From contig NC_042998.1 in NCBI RefSeq assembly GCF_006345805.1, forward strand, positions 202,120,001 to 202,184,000: a stretch of DNA of 64,000 bases. The letters are read 5' to 3'. The notes under the pieces are model-generated. The model was not told the DNA's origin and made no database searches. It saw only the letters and a list, made by a program, of their open reading frames with translations. Source of the DNA: Octopus sinensis (taxonomy: Eukaryota). A program made the position numbers and the translations under genes. This document shows, one piece after another, positions 62,495-64,000 of the stretch; position 1 is the first letter of the stretch, and each line of letters opens with the position of its first letter.

Positions 62495-62620
62495 AAAGGA
62501 GGTGAATTGGCAGAGTTGTTAGTGCGTTTAATAGAATGCTTTACAATATTTTTTTCCGAATCTCTGATATCTCAAGGGGAATAGTACTTAGGTCAACTTC
62601 GCCTTTCATCGTTTAAAGTT
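62495..62620 (+). mobile_element. Diverged SINE family B remnant
   Basis: aaaggaggtgaattggcagagttgttagtgcg...aggtcaacttcgcctttcatc. Confidence 0.6.
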
Positions 62621-62696
62621 CCATAAAAGACTTACGAATATAAAACGGCGAATTGTGGAAATATTAGAAAATCTCGTGGTTGCTCCAGCATCTTAC

Positions 62697-62823
62697 GATA
62701 TCACTGTAATGTCCGCGACGATACAGTTTTCGGTCCGTACCGTTCCTAAAACGTTGGTCTTTCCTTTGGATGACATCGGTAATATCGAGAGTGAAGATGC
62801 GCATTAATCCGCATTCCATAAAT
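62697..62823 (-). CDS. Candidate isolated 127-nt exon of an unknown gene
   Basis: tttcatttcag acceptor, GTAAGA donor, open frame FMECGLMRIFTLDITDVIQRKDQRFRNGTDRKLYRRGHYSDI, and GC/CpG higher than the flanks. No homology recognised. Confidence 0.25.
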
Positions 62824-64000
62824 CTGAAATGAAATCGCATGCAATTGTTTATTTATAACCGACGGATCCCCCTATCATATTTAAGATAATGCAATACATA
62901 ATAAAATATTCTGTCCCACATCAGTCTATATTCAAATGAACAACCCCGAGTCATTTTATGTTTGCTGGAAACTAGTTATATAAATCGCTGATGCAGAGAA
63001 TTTTATGATGCAATGTGATCGATACCTTCTTTGAAATTGCTTCACTGATTAAGGACAAATAAAGAGCACTGATTTTTTTTATGCTAGTATAGGCTCCAAC
63101 AATTCCTTTAAATTTAGCGGAATTATAGGATTATATATCGTAAATTCAATGCAAATAATATTCCAGGAATTAATGGGTGGTCTTAACCACGGTGATGGCC
63201 AGTTAACCGTTTAAAACAAGCCAAGAGGAAACCAATGAATTTAGAAGAAACATCGAACTGTTGAAAGAAATATATTTGAATCTTACAGCTGGTAATGATC
63301 TTAAAAACAGGCAATTGCTTTTAAAAGGTCATAAAATTATACCCTAGTACATAGCATTGTTCTAAGAAGACAAATGCAATAACCAAATATATTAGCATGA
63401 AAACCAACTTTCACCTCTCCATGTTAGGCAATGTTGTTAAGAATGATATAGAAAGAACATCCTTACGTTATAATTTCAAGTTATAGTAATGCGTCAAGAG
63501 ACAGACAATGTTTTTTACATTGGAAGTAAGCAAAATGATCAGAATGGACACAGGCATAGAAACACAAGATGATAACTTGCACACCCCTTTTTTAATAATT
63601 AAGAGTATATAGCGGTATTTTCAAACATGCTTTTAACATTTCAGCCAAAATATGAAGCAGAAATTTGCCGAATTAGATTTGAATCTCCAATCGAAAGACC
63701 TTAACTTCCACAGACAAATATTTTGAGAGAAGCATACAGGCAGTGGGTATTTGCTAGTATATCTTAGATAGGTTTCAGCTTAAAATTGGTCCAGGTCTTG
63801 TCTAACTTAATAACACTAACTAACAAAATCTGTTAAATCATTTTCAGGTCACTTTTTTTAAATCACCACTCATTCAGGTTAGTTCGACTGGAAGAAATGT
63901 GTGCTGGTATAGGCGGCTTATCTGGTCCCCCTTATTTTTACAGCGTTCTTTTAAATGTCATAGGTTTATTTTCATTCTATGATTTATTTGGGGATAACGT

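Overview
This is AT-rich, microsatellite-dense, repeat-dominated eukaryotic DNA. The repeat repertoire resembles a cephalopod (Octopus-like) genome; that assignment is my recollection of these repeat families, not a database result. No host gene is confidently recognisable, and most entries in the ORF track are microsatellite artefacts. Main elements: a nearly intact 5'-truncated CR1-group LINE (34933-38076; endonuclease plus RT, one frameshift, one stop) with a second short copy at 8.6 kb; five 3' fragments of another CR1/L2-group LINE; an ORF1-only L1/Tx1-like element (0.8-2.1 kb); two R4/Dong-type 3' ends in a TAA repeat; two decayed Penelope GIY-YIG ORFs; four non-autonomous Helitrons, two joined head-to-tail; a deleted mariner; a Tc1/maT fragment; a long-TIR MITE; and four SINE families (my labels A, B, C, E). 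Best candidates for something new: (1) ~200-bp microsatellite-embedded elements carrying a minimal hammerhead-ribozyme-like fold whose stem I covaries between copies; (2) a modular SINE/LINE network in which SINE A shares its tail with one LINE, a SINE B subtype shares its tail with the ORF1-only element, and A and B share a core; (3) a CTAG|TC Helitron junction with copy-specific internal segments. All coordinates and alignments were read by eye.
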